Assembly (NCBI GenBank): GCA_052034405.1
Contig: JBPOIO010000004.1
Coordinates: 64,751-128,750, forward strand
Origin: Candidatus Magasanikiibacteriota bacterium
GTDB taxonomy: Bacteria; Patescibacteriota; Patescibacteriia; Magasanikbacterales; UBA922
Length of the DNA stretch: 64,000 bases
Direction of reading: 5' to 3'
Position numbers and translations under genes: made by a program. The notes beneath the pieces are model-generated. The model saw nothing but the letters and a program-made list of their open reading frames with translations. It was not told the origin of the DNA and did not search any database. Numbering within the stretch: position 1 is the stretch's first letter; every line of letters starts with the position of its first letter. Shown here in pieces: positions 52,301 to 60,255 of this stretch.

Positions 52301-55300
52301 TCCATTATAATTTGGATCACTACTGGTCGCAGTGTCAAGAATAATACTATACGCAATATCACCGTCTACATCAGCATCATCAACACCAGTAACAGTCACC
52401 GTACGAGGCAAATTCCAAGAAGTAGCATCAAAAACCAAAGTACTGGTATTGACTGTTCCCTCTGTGATATCCGAACTATGCACAGTAGTAGTCACAGTAC
52501 CTGTAGGTTGACTGGTGAGTACCACGGTAAAAGTAGCAGCCCCACCAACTTCACTGGTATTTCCAGAAATTGCTGATACCGTAAATCCAGCCGTATCATT
52601 GTCTGTAACACTCGCGACAACACTTGAAATTGGTATGGCATTATAGGTTCCGTCAGTAGACGTCGCACTATGTGTAAGTGTACTTGTATGTCCTCCCTCG
52701 ACCACACTATCATCCACCGCTGTTACCACAATCGTTTGTGCAGTATTCCAATTTGCTGTTGTAAAAACAATACTCGAAGTCGAAAGCGTACTTTGAGCAT
52801 CTGCAGAAATATTCACAAAAACACTATCTGTTGGCTGCGAATTCAATACCATAGTATAGGTATCAGTCGCCGTTCCTTCGGTAATATTTGTTGTTCCAGC
52901 ACTCTCGGTCACTGTTACTCCAGCAGTATCATTGTCAGTATTTGTAACAGATACATTATTTGGATTTACCCCATCATAATTTGGATCACTACTCGTCGCA
53001 GTGTCCAAAATTATTGAATAAGAAATATCTCCGTCATCTACACTATCGTCTACTCCAGTAACCGTCACCGTACGAGGCAAATTCCAAGAAGCTGCATTGA
53101 AAACCAAAGTACTGGTATTGATCGTTCCCTCTGTAGTATCCGAACTATGCACGGTAGTAGTTACAGTACCTGTAGGTTGACTAGTGAGTACGACGGTAAA
53201 TGTTGCTGTTGCACCAGTTTCAATCGTATCACCAGAAATTTCCGATACCGTAAACCCAGCAGTATCATTATCTGTAATATTTACGGTTTCACTTGCAATA
53301 CTAATATTATTAAAAGTACTATCCGTAGAGCTTGCAGTATGAGTAATCGTACTACTATGACTTCCTTCTGCAATACTATCATTGACGGCGCTTACAGTAA
53401 TTGTTTGGGCAGTACTCCAATTTGAAGTACTAAAGACAATACTCGAAGTAGAAAGTGTTGTTTGTGAATCAGCTGTTAGAGTAACCTCAACATTTCCTGT
53501 CGGACGATAATTGAGTACCACCGTATATGTATCAGTCGTACCCGCTTCACTGACATCTGTAGAACCACTCGAAGCATCAATAGAGACAGCCGGAGTACTT
53601 GTCGGAGGAGATTCCCAAGCTGCATAATCATAGGTATAAGTGCTTTCATTTGTTTCATTTCCTGTACCAACAGTAAATAAATTCGTTCCAAGAGCCGTAA
53701 TTTTACTCGCAGCATTAGCAGTACTTATAAAATATTGAGAATTTCCATCGGTTAAATTGTTTGCCAAAAACATACCCGCACGTGCAGTTCCCCCACTACG
53801 TTTTTTCACCCACACCAAATCTGGATCATTCCCTATACCCGTCACATCATGAGCAATTCCAGTACCTGTATAAGTTCCAACAGAAAAATAACTACTCGCA
53901 GCAAAAGCGAACCAATAACAAATTTCATTAACAGTATTTACTTCATATGGTTGAACAGCAATACCAACCTGAAAAGAATGATCTCCAATACTTTGAATCA
54001 TATCCGCTTGTGCAGCAACAGCATGGAACGCATTTGTCAAATCTCCACTCATGGCTGATGTTCTCCAAGAAGCAATACTCAAAGCTGGTGAATCTTTTAC
54101 AACAACCAAATCTGGAGTAAAAGGAAGACGATAAATATCACGAGAGTCAACCCCACTTCCAGTATAGGCACCAATGGCAAAATCTTTTGCCCCGCTATTT
54201 GAATCAGAGTCCCAAGCATTTCCAAAAGCTTCCCAATAAAACACAACCCCAGTATTATTCGCGTTTAGATTAGTACCAATACTAAATCCATCGTTATCAA
54301 TAGATGTAATAAGTGCAGCAATAGCGGCTCCATTATAACCAAGATAAAATGATTTATCACCAGGAACATTACTCGTACGAAAAAAAGCATATGCAGCATT
54401 AGCAGCTTTAACAATAACGAGATCTGGCTTGAACCCCAGCCCTGTTACAGAAAGTGCACTTCCAGTACCCGTATAAGTACCGCTTGCATAGCGATAAGTA
54501 CCACTAGTACTTGGAGCCGCAGCTCCACCAAAAGAGGCATAATACATAGGGGCACCACTTCCATTTACCGAAGAAAATGTTCCTACTTTGAATCCCCCCG
54601 TTGAAGTTTGCTCCCGAAAATATTTTCCTCCTGCCGCAGCATCTGTAAAAGCAACCGAAAAATTTCCACGATCAAAGGTAGCAACTCCTGCAGCCGCTGC
54701 ATTGGTGGAATTTTTCATGAAAGTAAAATCTGATTGAAAGGTAAGCCCTGCGTCGTCACTGGAACTAATAGTTTTATTTGCTCCAGTTCCAGTATAGGTA
54801 CCCACATCCATGGCACCAGCAACCTGTTTGAATGCAAAAAAGTAAAAAGTATGCCCACTTCGATTGGCATTATTCCCAGTTCCTACCGTAAAACCACTTG
54901 CATCAAGTGTTTTGATCATTTGTCCCCCTGTATCAGCAGCAGCCGCATGAAAATAGTTATTTTCATTGGCACCCATAGAAGACGATTTCCAAATAGCGGC
55001 AACAGTAGAAGCATCACGAGTCACCACCAAATCAGGTTGAAAACCTGTATTAATACTTTGTGCAGCACCGGTTCCAGAATATGTTCCCACACAAAAAGTT
55101 CCACTCGCTGTACAATCAGAACCACCAAAAGCAACCCATTCCCAGCGCACACCAGAAGTATTTACATTGGCGCCAGAACTCAAGGTAAATCCATCCGCAT
55201 CAAGAGTAATCAAGGTACTCGTATCATTCGCCGATGTCCCTGCAAAAAGTTGACTATGACTTGCAGGCATGGCAGAGGACTTTACCACCATACCAACACC

Positions 55301-55555
55301 AGAGGCATCATCGGCTTTGATCATAACAAGATTCGGGGTAAACCCAAGACCAGTAATAGATTTTGCTGCACCAGTACCTACATAATACCCAGTCTGCATG
55401 CTAAATGTTGCAGCCTTTACTTTTTGAATATCCAAAGCAGTAAACGGAAAAATTCCAGAAAAACCACCAAAAGCCCCCCACACAATCATGAAAAGCAAAA
55501 AAATCTTTTTTACAAAAAAGATGAAATTTTTTGGACTCAATTTCCCCCTAAACAT
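43382..55555 (-). CDS. Giant (4057 aa) secreted repetitive surface protein, adhesin-like, with C-terminal peptidoglycan-binding domain
   Basis: N-terminal signal/TM; six GxYTGTG...F-x-PDLV repeats; 26 acidic beta-sandwich (Calx-beta/cadherin-like) repeats ending in D-N/D-D; GGGGG linker; C-terminal GSEVEALQKIL...GLYGPVT-x-EAVKAFQ...GIVGPGTR. Confidence 0.93.
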   Translation of the reverse strand: MFRGKLSPKNFIFFVKKIFLLFMIVWGAFGGFSGIFPFTALDIQKVKAATFSMQTGYYVGTGAAKSITGLGFTPNLVMIKADDASGVGMVVKSSAMPASHSQLFAGTSANDTSTLITLDADGFTLSSGANVNTSGVRWEWVAFGGSDCTASGTFCVGTYSGTGAAQSINTGFQPDLVVTRDASTVAAIWKSSSMGANENNYFHAAAADTGGQMIKTLDASGFTVGTGNNANRSGHTFYFFAFKQVAGAMDVGTYTGTGANKTISSSDDAGLTFQSDFTFMKNSTNAAAAGVATFDRGNFSVAFTDAAAGGKYFREQTSTGGFKVGTFSSVNGSGAPMYYASFGGAAAPSTSGTYRYASGTYTGTGSALSVTGLGFKPDLVIVKAANAAYAFFRTSNVPGDKSFYLGYNGAAIAALITSIDNDGFSIGTNLNANNTGVVFYWEAFGNAWDSDSNSGAKDFAIGAYTGSGVDSRDIYRLPFTPDLVVVKDSPALSIASWRTSAMSGDLTNAFHAVAAQADMIQSIGDHSFQVGIAVQPYEVNTVNEICYWFAFAASSYFSVGTYTGTGIAHDVTGIGNDPDLVWVKKRSGGTARAGMFLANNLTDGNSQYFISTANAASKITALGTNLFTVGTGNETNESTYTYDYAAWESPPTSTPAVSIDASSGSTDVSEAGTTDTYTVVLNYRPTGNVEVTLTADSQTTLSTSSIVFSTSNWSTAQTITVSAVNDSIAEGSHSSTITHTASSTDSTFNNISIASETVNITDNDTAGFTVSEISGDTIETGATATFTVVLTSQPTGTVTTTVHSSDTTEGTINTSTLVFNAASWNLPRTVTVTGVDDSVDDGDISYSIILDTATSSDPNYDGVNPNNVSVTNTDNDTAGVTVTESAGTTNITEGTATDTYTMVLNSQPTDSVFVNISADAQSTLSTSSIVFTTANWNTAQTIVVTAVDDSVVEGGHTSTLTHSATSTDGTYNAIPISSVVASVTDNDTAGFTVSAISGNTSEVGGAATFTVVLTSQPTGTVTTTVHSSDITEGTVNTSTLVFDATSWNLPRTVTVTGVDDADVDGDIAYSIILDTATSSDPNYNGINPLDVSVTNTDNEAPASAGVTISQSAGSTNVTEAAATDTYTIVLNSLPTGNVFVNIASDSQVSFSTSSIVFTLANWNVAQTITVTAVDDDYSESLHSATITHSATSTDSDYNAIVIASVTANITDNDSAGVTVTQSGGTTDISEAGLTDSYTLLLTSAPTGTVNIALVSDTECTVSTSSISFTSGNWNRAVTVTATAVDDSVVEGGHTCVITHTVTSTNANYDGIAVASVTANITDNDTAGFTVSAISGNTSEFGGTATFTVVLDSQPSASVTTTVYSSDTTEGTINTSTLVFDADSWNLPRTVTVTGVDDSVDDGDVAYSIILDSATSTDLTYSGMNPADVSVTNTDNDTAGITLVESFEATNITEGGATDSYTLVLDTEPSAHVAVSISPDAESTLSTSSIVFTPANWNVAQTITVTAVDDAIAEGGHTTTITHTVTSTDPGYDAFVLPNVTANITDNDTAGFDVSAISGDTSEAGTTSTFTVVLTSEPSGIVTTTVHVLDATEHSINTSTLVFSPEDWNLTRTVIVTGVDDDIDDGNQPNSVILDIATSTDPNYDGMNPDDVNMLVNLDNDSAGVTLVESDGTTDVTEGGATDTYTIVLNTQPTGNVAIHLNTDGESTLSTSSITFQTSNWNVARTVTVTAVDDAVQQGEHSSTITHTVTSTDEGYEGIAVGDVVATVTDNDTAGFTVSAISGNTSEAGATATFTVVLNSEPSGVVTTTIHSSDTTEGTITTSTLVFHSNDWNIPRTVTVTGVDDFVSDGDIAYTIILDTATSTVDVNYAGINPNDVNVTNTDNDTIGVTVTESAGTTDITEGGATDSYTIVLNTQPTGNVAISVSADADATVSTSSIVFTPANWDTAQTITVTAVNDAVVEGAHTSTLTHSATSTDGAYDGIMIGSVTANITDNDTAGFTVSLISASTTEAGGTATFTVVLDAAPTGIVTTTIHSSDITEGTITTSTLVFSPGSWNLARTVTVTGVDDILADGNINYSIILDTATSTDDVNYAGINPSDVAVTNIDNDVVGITLVESGGTTDITEGGATDSYTIVLNSQPTGDVAVSLSADVDSTISTSSIVFTPINWNVAQTLTITAVDDIFDEGAHFSTITHSVTSTDPGYDGIAIVDVVANVIDNDTAGFTVSLISASTTEAGGTATFTVVLSTPPTGIVTTTVHSSDTTEGTINTSTLVFSPDDWDFVRTVTVTGVDDALVDGNIDYSIILDTATSTDLNYDGFDPADVSVTNIDNDSVGVTISESAGTTDISEGGGTDSYTIVLNSEPTGNVALSLSPDAQSTISTSSIVFTPLNWNIAQTITVTALNDAIAEGDHTSTITHTATSTDLGYDGIAIDSVIANVSDNDAAGFTVSLISGDTTEAGGTATFTVVLDSPPSGTVTTTVHSSDTTEGTINTSTLVFDAASWNLPRTVTVTGVDDDLVDGDIAYSIILDTASSTDVHYAGLNPADVSVTNSDDDSVGITLVESAGTTDITEGAAGDSYTLVLNSQPTGDVSINITSDAQSIVSTSSIIFTTSTWNIAKTISVTAVNDHLAEGGHNSVIAHSVTSTDPAYDALAIPDVIANVTDNDNVGITLTESAAATNITEGGATDSYTLVLTSEPSSTVGITLTSDAQSTLSTSSIIFTSTTWNIAQTITVTAVDDSLTEGAHDSTITQTVSSDDVQYNAVIIPNLTAHITDNDSNSVVLTESAGTTNITEAGVTDSYTIVLSSEPLDTVFVHIAADAEATLSTSSIQFTTSTWNIAQTITVTAVNDLVAEGAHDSTLTHSVTSTDPGYDAIVVADITAHITDNDSAGVTLAQSADTTNIAEGGASDSYTIVLNSKPSSDVTITLTPDAESTLSTTSISFSSSTWNIPVSVSVMAEDDADVEGPHTSVITHSADSLDAAYNAIAIADLTANVIDNDTPGVTVTESLGTTDITEGGVEDSYTIVLNALPLADVTIEITSDAASTISTSSLVFNIANWNIPRVVTTTAVDDAVSQGLHISTITHTVSSLDINYDLIATSDVIANVTDNDTAGITVSAISGDTSESGTTSTYTVVLDSEPRDDVFISVSSSDASEATVDQALLTFTVLNWNIPQTVTVTGVDDLIADGPINYSLVNGVASSTDDNYDGLNASDVDALNTDNDVAGISLTQSGGATNITEGGATDSYTLVLDTEPINDVTITITPDAQSTVSTSSIVFTSTNWNVAQTITVSAFNDDSVEDPHDSTITASASSLDANYNGLAIVDVTAHITDNDIAGFTVSLISGDTSEAGTTATFTLVLNSEPSGPVTTTLSSSDLTEGTVNSSTLVFGPADWNIPRTITVSGVDDYFDDGDIDFSIVLDAAVSGDAHYNALNPDDVSVTNIDDDGVGINVVESVASTDISEAGSSDSYTLVLGSTPTADVVVTLASDAQSTLSTTSITFTPDRWNIPVEVTVTAVDDAVDEGAHTSTLTATALSADISYNGIVIADITAHITDNDAVSDPIKAGGGGGAMTIPSVPLVPLLSNNGESDISIVFTTKDSESLNFPSSSHRVIRVSASADEAVLVIESEPIVVHLKKDIAQILDTDKNGIPDLRVVYDGLLGKNPKFTFTEIQELLPVFINNGAKQTFSRMVHMQFNIVNASFVAISNNPDFSDATFQTFTTSSVWALPFGDGPKTVYVRFRSKSGGVFDTSASIQLLHSMTSCSLHLGRPYKSPDSNAVYYITPPYNKDGQPIEGSCTKRAFKASPIFFSYFASWSDVQVVPKADLANIPDDALGFMPRGPRYAPQNGTLMKVVSDPNVYLLVNGKKHVITSEEIFKSLGFEWNYVEDVAQELLDMFAEGDVISKNEAPALSVIGYADSPRLYFLEPSVADSSIFLKRYIASESAWKSLNYRTDRIIRLPASSIYGDGTQIGEESSLLPNRQTLSSGFTFTHSLVLNDSGSEVEALQKILASQGFFNHETTGLYGPVTVEAVKAFQRAHGLEDLGIVGPGTRSVLNSL
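44893..53590 (-). repeat. Tandem array of 26 repeats of about 111 aa (about 334 bp) in two classes (A and B)
   Basis: A: GFTVS-x-ISG-x-TSE-x-G-x-TATFTVVL (10 copies); B: GVT-x-x-ES-x-GTT-x-ITEG...D-x-YT-x-VL (16 copies); hand count. Confidence 0.88.
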
Positions 55556-55643
55556 ATTCCAATATATGTGCCACTAAAAAATGGGGTCTCATTATTATTA
55601 TTTTCTGTATACAATTATACCAAAATTTCAAATTCATCGCAAC

Positions 55644-55677
55644 AAAAAACACGAGCTCATTTGTGCTCGTGTTTTTT
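55644..55677 (-). terminator. aspS terminator
   Basis: AAAAAACACGAGC...GCTCGTGTTTTTT; the promoter TTGCGA-N17-TATAAT for the giant gene lies immediately downstream. Confidence 0.75.
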
Positions 55678-55684
55678 AATTTTT

Positions 55685-57448
55685 TTATTCGTGAATATCT
55701 GTCTTGATATGGAGTTCTTTGAGTTGTTTTTCGTCTACTTCACTAGGACTTCCAACCATTGGTTCTTCGGCACGTCCATTTTTTGGAAAAGGCACCACCG
55801 AACGAATATTTTTTTCACCCGTGAAAAGCATTACCAATCGATCAATTCCAGGAGCAAACCCACAGTGAGGAGGTGCACCGTATTCAAAGGCCTTGATCAT
55901 GTGACCAAATTTTTTGTCCACCACTTCGTGACCATACCCAGCCATTTCGAAGGCTTTGTACATAATAGCCGAGTCACGATTGCGCACTGCACCACTTGAA
56001 AGTTCAAGCCCATTGGCAATAATATCGTATTGATAAGCAACAATATCAAGTGGGTTTTTGTTCAAAAGTGCATCCATACCGCCCTGAGGCATTGAAAATG
56101 GATTGTGCGCAAAGTCAATTTTTTTGTCATCTTCATTCCATTCAAAAAATGGAAAATCTACCACCCAGGCCCAGGCAATTACATCTGGATCCGCAAGTTT
56201 GAGTTTTTCCCCAAGATGAGTTCGAAGAACTCCAAGGGCTTTGCAAGAAACTTCGTACTTGTCTGCGGCAAAAAACACAATACCGTTTTCTTTGAGATCA
56301 AGCACAGAGACAAGCGCAGCAAGTTGTTCGGCATTAAAAAATTTGGCAATAGATCCATCAAGTACCCCGTCAACAAACTTCAAACTCGCAAGTCCTTTTG
56401 CCTTGGCACGCTTCACCACATCAGTGAGTTCGCCATCGATTTCACTTCGAGAAAATTCATGTCCACCTGGCACAAACATAGCACGAACGTATTCGGCTTC
56501 TTGAAAAACCTTGAATTCACTCGCCTTTGCCCATTCACTCACATTGTGAATCTTGAGTCCAAAACGCAAATCTGGTCGGTCAGATCCATAGCTTTCCATA
56601 CATTCTTTGAATGGAATGCGAGGAAATGGATTGTTTTGTACTTTTTTGCCAGCAACTTTTTCGGTGAGCTCAATAAAAAGTGGTTCCATGAGCGCAAAAA
56701 ATTCATCTTGTGAAAGAAAACTGGTTTCACAGTCAAGTTGATAAAACTCTCCAGGTGAACGATCTGCACGAGGATCCTCGTCACGCATACAAGGCGCTAC
56801 TTGGTAATAGCGATCAAAACCTGCTACCATAAGCAGCTGTTTGTATTGCTGAGGCGCCTGAGGAAGCGCATAAAACTTTCCTGGATGAATACGACTTGGG
56901 ACAAGAAAGTCACGTGCACCTTCTGGAGAAGATACCGTCAAAATTGGAGTTGAAATGTCTACAAATTGTCTTTCTTCCATCCACTTGCGGATAAATCCAA
57001 TCATTTTTGCACGAAACAAAATATTATTTTTCAATTTTTCGCGACGAAGTTCCAAAAAACGATATTTGAGACGAAGTTCTTCGTCATCTTCACCTTTTGC
57101 AGTTTCAAAAATTTCAAATGGCATTGCTTTGGCAGTACTCAGCACTTCAACGCTCGTTGCCACAATTTCAATTTCTCCTGTTGCCATGTCACTATTAATA
57201 GATTTTTCATCACGCTTTACTACGGTCCCCTTGAGAGAAATAACATATTCGTATTTCAAACCCTCAACCACGGACATATCCCCCATTTTTTCTGGATTAA
57301 AAACAACCTGGGTCAAACCATAGCGATCACGCAAATCCACAAAAGCAAGGCTTCCAAAGTCGCGGCGTTTGTGCACCCAACCAGCGAGCATGACTTCTTC
57401 TCCAACATTTTTGAGGCTTAATTCCCCACAAGTATGTGTTCGATACAT
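55685..57448 (-). CDS. aspS: Aspartate--tRNA ligase
   Basis: MYRTHTCGEL, FVDLRDRYG, PEGARDFLVP, LPQAPQQYKQLLM, RDED, GAPPHCG. Start taken at ATG 57448. Confidence 0.97.
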   Translation of the reverse strand: MYRTHTCGELSLKNVGEEVMLAGWVHKRRDFGSLAFVDLRDRYGLTQVVFNPEKMGDMSVVEGLKYEYVISLKGTVVKRDEKSINSDMATGEIEIVATSVEVLSTAKAMPFEIFETAKGEDDEELRLKYRFLELRREKLKNNILFRAKMIGFIRKWMEERQFVDISTPILTVSSPEGARDFLVPSRIHPGKFYALPQAPQQYKQLLMVAGFDRYYQVAPCMRDEDPRADRSPGEFYQLDCETSFLSQDEFFALMEPLFIELTEKVAGKKVQNNPFPRIPFKECMESYGSDRPDLRFGLKIHNVSEWAKASEFKVFQEAEYVRAMFVPGGHEFSRSEIDGELTDVVKRAKAKGLASLKFVDGVLDGSIAKFFNAEQLAALVSVLDLKENGIVFFAADKYEVSCKALGVLRTHLGEKLKLADPDVIAWAWVVDFPFFEWNEDDKKIDFAHNPFSMPQGGMDALLNKNPLDIVAYQYDIIANGLELSSGAVRNRDSAIMYKAFEMAGYGHEVVDKKFGHMIKAFEYGAPPHCGFAPGIDRLVMLFTGEKNIRSVVPFPKNGRAEEPMVGSPSEVDEKQLKELHIKTDIHE

Positions 57449-57513
57449 AAAATAATCAATAAAAGATAGAGATACCTTAGCAAAGAATCTCCAAAAAAGC
57501 AAGAGTCGGTCCC

Positions 57514-58182
57514 CTATTTTTTGGGCAACATTTCCCACTTCAAAATCTTTACATTTTTGCCCCCCTCTAGCAAAAAGCCCACCCGAGCACGAAAAGCATT
57601 ATGCCCGTCTTCGTATTCGACAATAGCATTGCCCGAGTTTTCAAAAGTAATATGTGTAATATAAAATTTTCCGCCCAAAACGGCTTTTTCTGGTGAAAGC
57701 TGCGAAAGATGCAAAGCAATATATTTGGCAACAAGTTCTTGACCTTCATCCACCGCCTGGGCAGGACTCGACGAGGCAATAATATCAAACGATACAATAT
57801 TCAAATTTTTTGTACCAGTAATTTCAAAAACCCCTTTGGCAGTATAGGTTTGGGTCGTATCACTATAAACCACACGGGTTTCTCCAGGGCCAGTGTGTTC
57901 AATAGAACTCACCGTAAAAGCTGTACCAGTTGCCGGGGCCACAGGTGACAGTACAATAATACGCGTAGAAATAAATTGATCAATGGCTTTGTTGATATCA
58001 AGAGTAAAAACAGGCGTACTCGAAGCAGTCTGTGATACAGGACTTTGTGGTGGAAGAGATTTTTTAAAAATTTTATCCCGAAAAATATATCCAGCAATCC
58101 CAAGAGCGAACACAATACAAACAACCCCAAAAACAGTACCAGACTTCCCCGCACTTTTCTGCTCAACAATTTCTTCATCCAT
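57514..58182 (-). CDS. Hypothetical membrane-anchored protein with duplicated small extracellular domain
   Basis: N-terminal TM; two LSP...G-x-x-F-x-(V/I)...V-x-Y-x-D segments. Confidence 0.75.
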   Translation of the reverse strand: MDEEIVEQKSAGKSGTVFGVVCIVFALGIAGYIFRDKIFKKSLPPQSPVSQTASSTPVFTLDINKAIDQFISTRIIVLSPVAPATGTAFTVSSIEHTGPGETRVVYSDTTQTYTAKGVFEITGTKNLNIVSFDIIASSSPAQAVDEGQELVAKYIALHLSQLSPEKAVLGGKFYITHITFENSGNAIVEYEDGHNAFRARVGFLLEGGKNVKILKWEMLPKK

Positions 58183-58205
58183 AGCGCAAAATATTTAAAA
58201 ACAAA

Positions 58206-58640
58206 CTATTTCTTGGCTTCAAGCAAAATATCCTTCAAATAATCGACACCCTCTTGCAAAAATCTTTTGTGATACACTTTTCCATTGTAAGAAAAAGCAA
58301 TTTGCTGACACTGTGGATCCAAATTGATCATTGCAGGCTCTACAAACAAGGCTTTTCCCTTGGCATAAAATTGAATGGTCCCAGTAAAATCACATTTTAT
58401 ATTTGGAACATTGCTATCTGTAATAGTACCTGTTATGAGCCAAACTCCTGGCTGGTACTGCAGTGTTTTTCGGTATGTTTTATTTTCTGCAGCATCAGTA
58501 AAAGTGATTTCAGCAGTATCTGCAGCCGAGAGCATTTGGTGAAAATTCCCCGCACTTTTTTGCTGCAAAAAATACCAAACACCAAAGCCCATTCCACCAA
58601 GAATAAGCAGTCCAAATAAAGCCATGAATACTTTTTTCAT
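58206..58640 (-). CDS. Hypothetical exported/membrane-anchored protein
   Basis: MKK plus hydrophobic N-terminal segment; a Cys pair in the soluble domain. Confidence 0.75.
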   Translation of the reverse strand: MKKVFMALFGLLILGGMGFGVWYFLQQKSAGNFHQMLSAADTAEITFTDAAENKTYRKTLQYQPGVWLITGTITDSNVPNIKCDFTGTIQFYAKGKALFVEPAMINLDPQCQQIAFSYNGKVYHKRFLQEGVDYLKDILLEAKK

Positions 58641-58770
58641 AATTGAACGAAATGAGAGAAGTAAAAGTTTGTGAGTAAAAAATTATATTTATATAAGTTT
58701 TTATGAACAAATTTTTACTTCCGAATGAGTGAAAATTATATAGCCCACAGGGCATATATAAGGGAATAAA

Positions 58771-60162
58771 TTAGCTCAAAATTAACGTTGCAAGCAGCAC
58801 AATAAGCCCAACTGTTTGTACAATAATATGATGATGCTGACGACGAATTTCAATAACAATAGACAAAATAAGTGCCAGAGAAAAAAAGACAAGAAAAAAC
58901 AAATACACGCCGCGAGAAAAATCAAAAATACGAGAAACAGAACTGCCCACATCACGCGCACGCATATACTTTTCAAGAGGACTTGGCGAGAGCACTTTTA
59001 TTTGTTTCCAAGATACTACAGCGTTGATAGTTTGACCATCTCTTCCCAAGATTTGGAGTGAAGGTTCGAGGACAGGTTTAAAAAAATTATCTGCCGCTTC
59101 GTCTACTGTCAGCGTCGCATAAAAAAATCCATCGTCACTTTTTCTTTCCAAGTTCAAAGAATGGTTGTTTACGGTCAATACTGCAGAAGCAACATCTCCG
59201 AGGATATGCACCGTGGCAGACAAAATCGTTTTGTTATTTTCTTCTTTCCAATCCAAAAATGAATCTTCGGCAATAAAATGCGCCTGGCGAACAATTGTTT
59301 CAGAACGACCAGGAGCCACATCAATAACAGCCAAAGGTACAGGAACGGGTACAGCAGCAAGTGTCGAAGTTACGCTAGAGCTTACAATCTTGGGTTCTTC
59401 CTTGAGAACAGCAGCTGTCGGAGCTCGCGTCGCAATCGTTGCAACTTTTGTTTCTGTCTTAACTTCGTTTTTTACTTCCGTCTTTGCTTTCAGCTCAGTT
59501 TTTGCAAGTGGAGCAGATTCTTTTACTCGGAGTGCGGCAGTCCCTGCAGCAACTTTTTCCAAACTTTCTGGAAATGCTTTTTCGGGAACAACTTTGGGAC
59601 TTCCAAAATGCTGTGCAACATACACCGTAGAAAGATCATTATAAGTACCACTTTCCATACTCACCCCAAATTCTTTGAAATCTGGATCAATCAAATTGGC
59701 ATAATGCGTCGGACTCTTCACCCAACCCGAGAAAATTTCTTCGGCACTACTAAATCCCATAGCAAGATTTTCTCCTGCTGTTTCGTAGCGATAACCCGCA
59801 GTAGAAAGATAATGCGCCAAACCATAGCCCTTTGGACTAGTGTGACTAAAATAATGCAAATCCGCCATGTCTGTTGCCTTGAGATCACTCGATACATGCA
59901 GCGGAACCATGGCTGTGAGAGGCGCAATCCCTTTCTGGGCACGAAGATTATTGGTCAATGTCAAAAGTTTACTTTCTTCACCCTGCAAAACATCTGGCAT
60001 CACAAACACCACACTCGGGATAAGCATAGCAAAAAGAAAAACCATTGCTTTGAGAGACAAAAAAAATGCCGTATAAAAAACAGCACGCTTGGTATGCAAA
60101 ATATGAGGGTGATAATTGTTTCCCTCATGTGGTATAAAAAAATGTTTCAGATGCTGACTCAT
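58771..60162 (-). CDS. CAP (SCP-like) domain membrane protein
   Basis: FIPHEGNNYHPH, LTNNLR, YFSHTSP, AGENLA, W-x-KSPTHYANL, VAQHFG; C-terminal TM helices. Confidence 0.9.
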   Translation of the reverse strand: MSQHLKHFFIPHEGNNYHPHILHTKRAVFYTAFFLSLKAMVFLFAMLIPSVVFVMPDVLQGEESKLLTLTNNLRAQKGIAPLTAMVPLHVSSDLKATDMADLHYFSHTSPKGYGLAHYLSTAGYRYETAGENLAMGFSSAEEIFSGWVKSPTHYANLIDPDFKEFGVSMESGTYNDLSTVYVAQHFGSPKVVPEKAFPESLEKVAAGTAALRVKESAPLAKTELKAKTEVKNEVKTETKVATIATRAPTAAVLKEEPKIVSSSVTSTLAAVPVPVPLAVIDVAPGRSETIVRQAHFIAEDSFLDWKEENNKTILSATVHILGDVASAVLTVNNHSLNLERKSDDGFFYATLTVDEAADNFFKPVLEPSLQILGRDGQTINAVVSWKQIKVLSPSPLEKYMRARDVGSSVSRIFDFSRGVYLFFLVFFSLALILSIVIEIRRQHHHIIVQTVGLIVLLATLILS

Positions 60163-60204
60163 AATACCCCCATATTTTAACACAAAAGAGAAAAGTCTCC
60201 AAAT

Positions 60205-60235
60205 AAAAATCCCCTGAAGATTCAGGGGATTTTTT
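60205..60235 (-). terminator. Intrinsic terminator
   Basis: AAAATCCCCTGAA-GA-TTCAGGGGATTTT. Confidence 0.75.
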
Positions 60236-60255
60236 GTCTCCAAAGATTTTAATTT

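Noticed and set aside
44893-53590. CRISPR array or DGR template/variable repeats
   Set aside because: Repeats are in-frame coding domains of about 334 bp without spacers; no cas or reverse transcriptase gene is present, and differences are not adenine-specific by eye.
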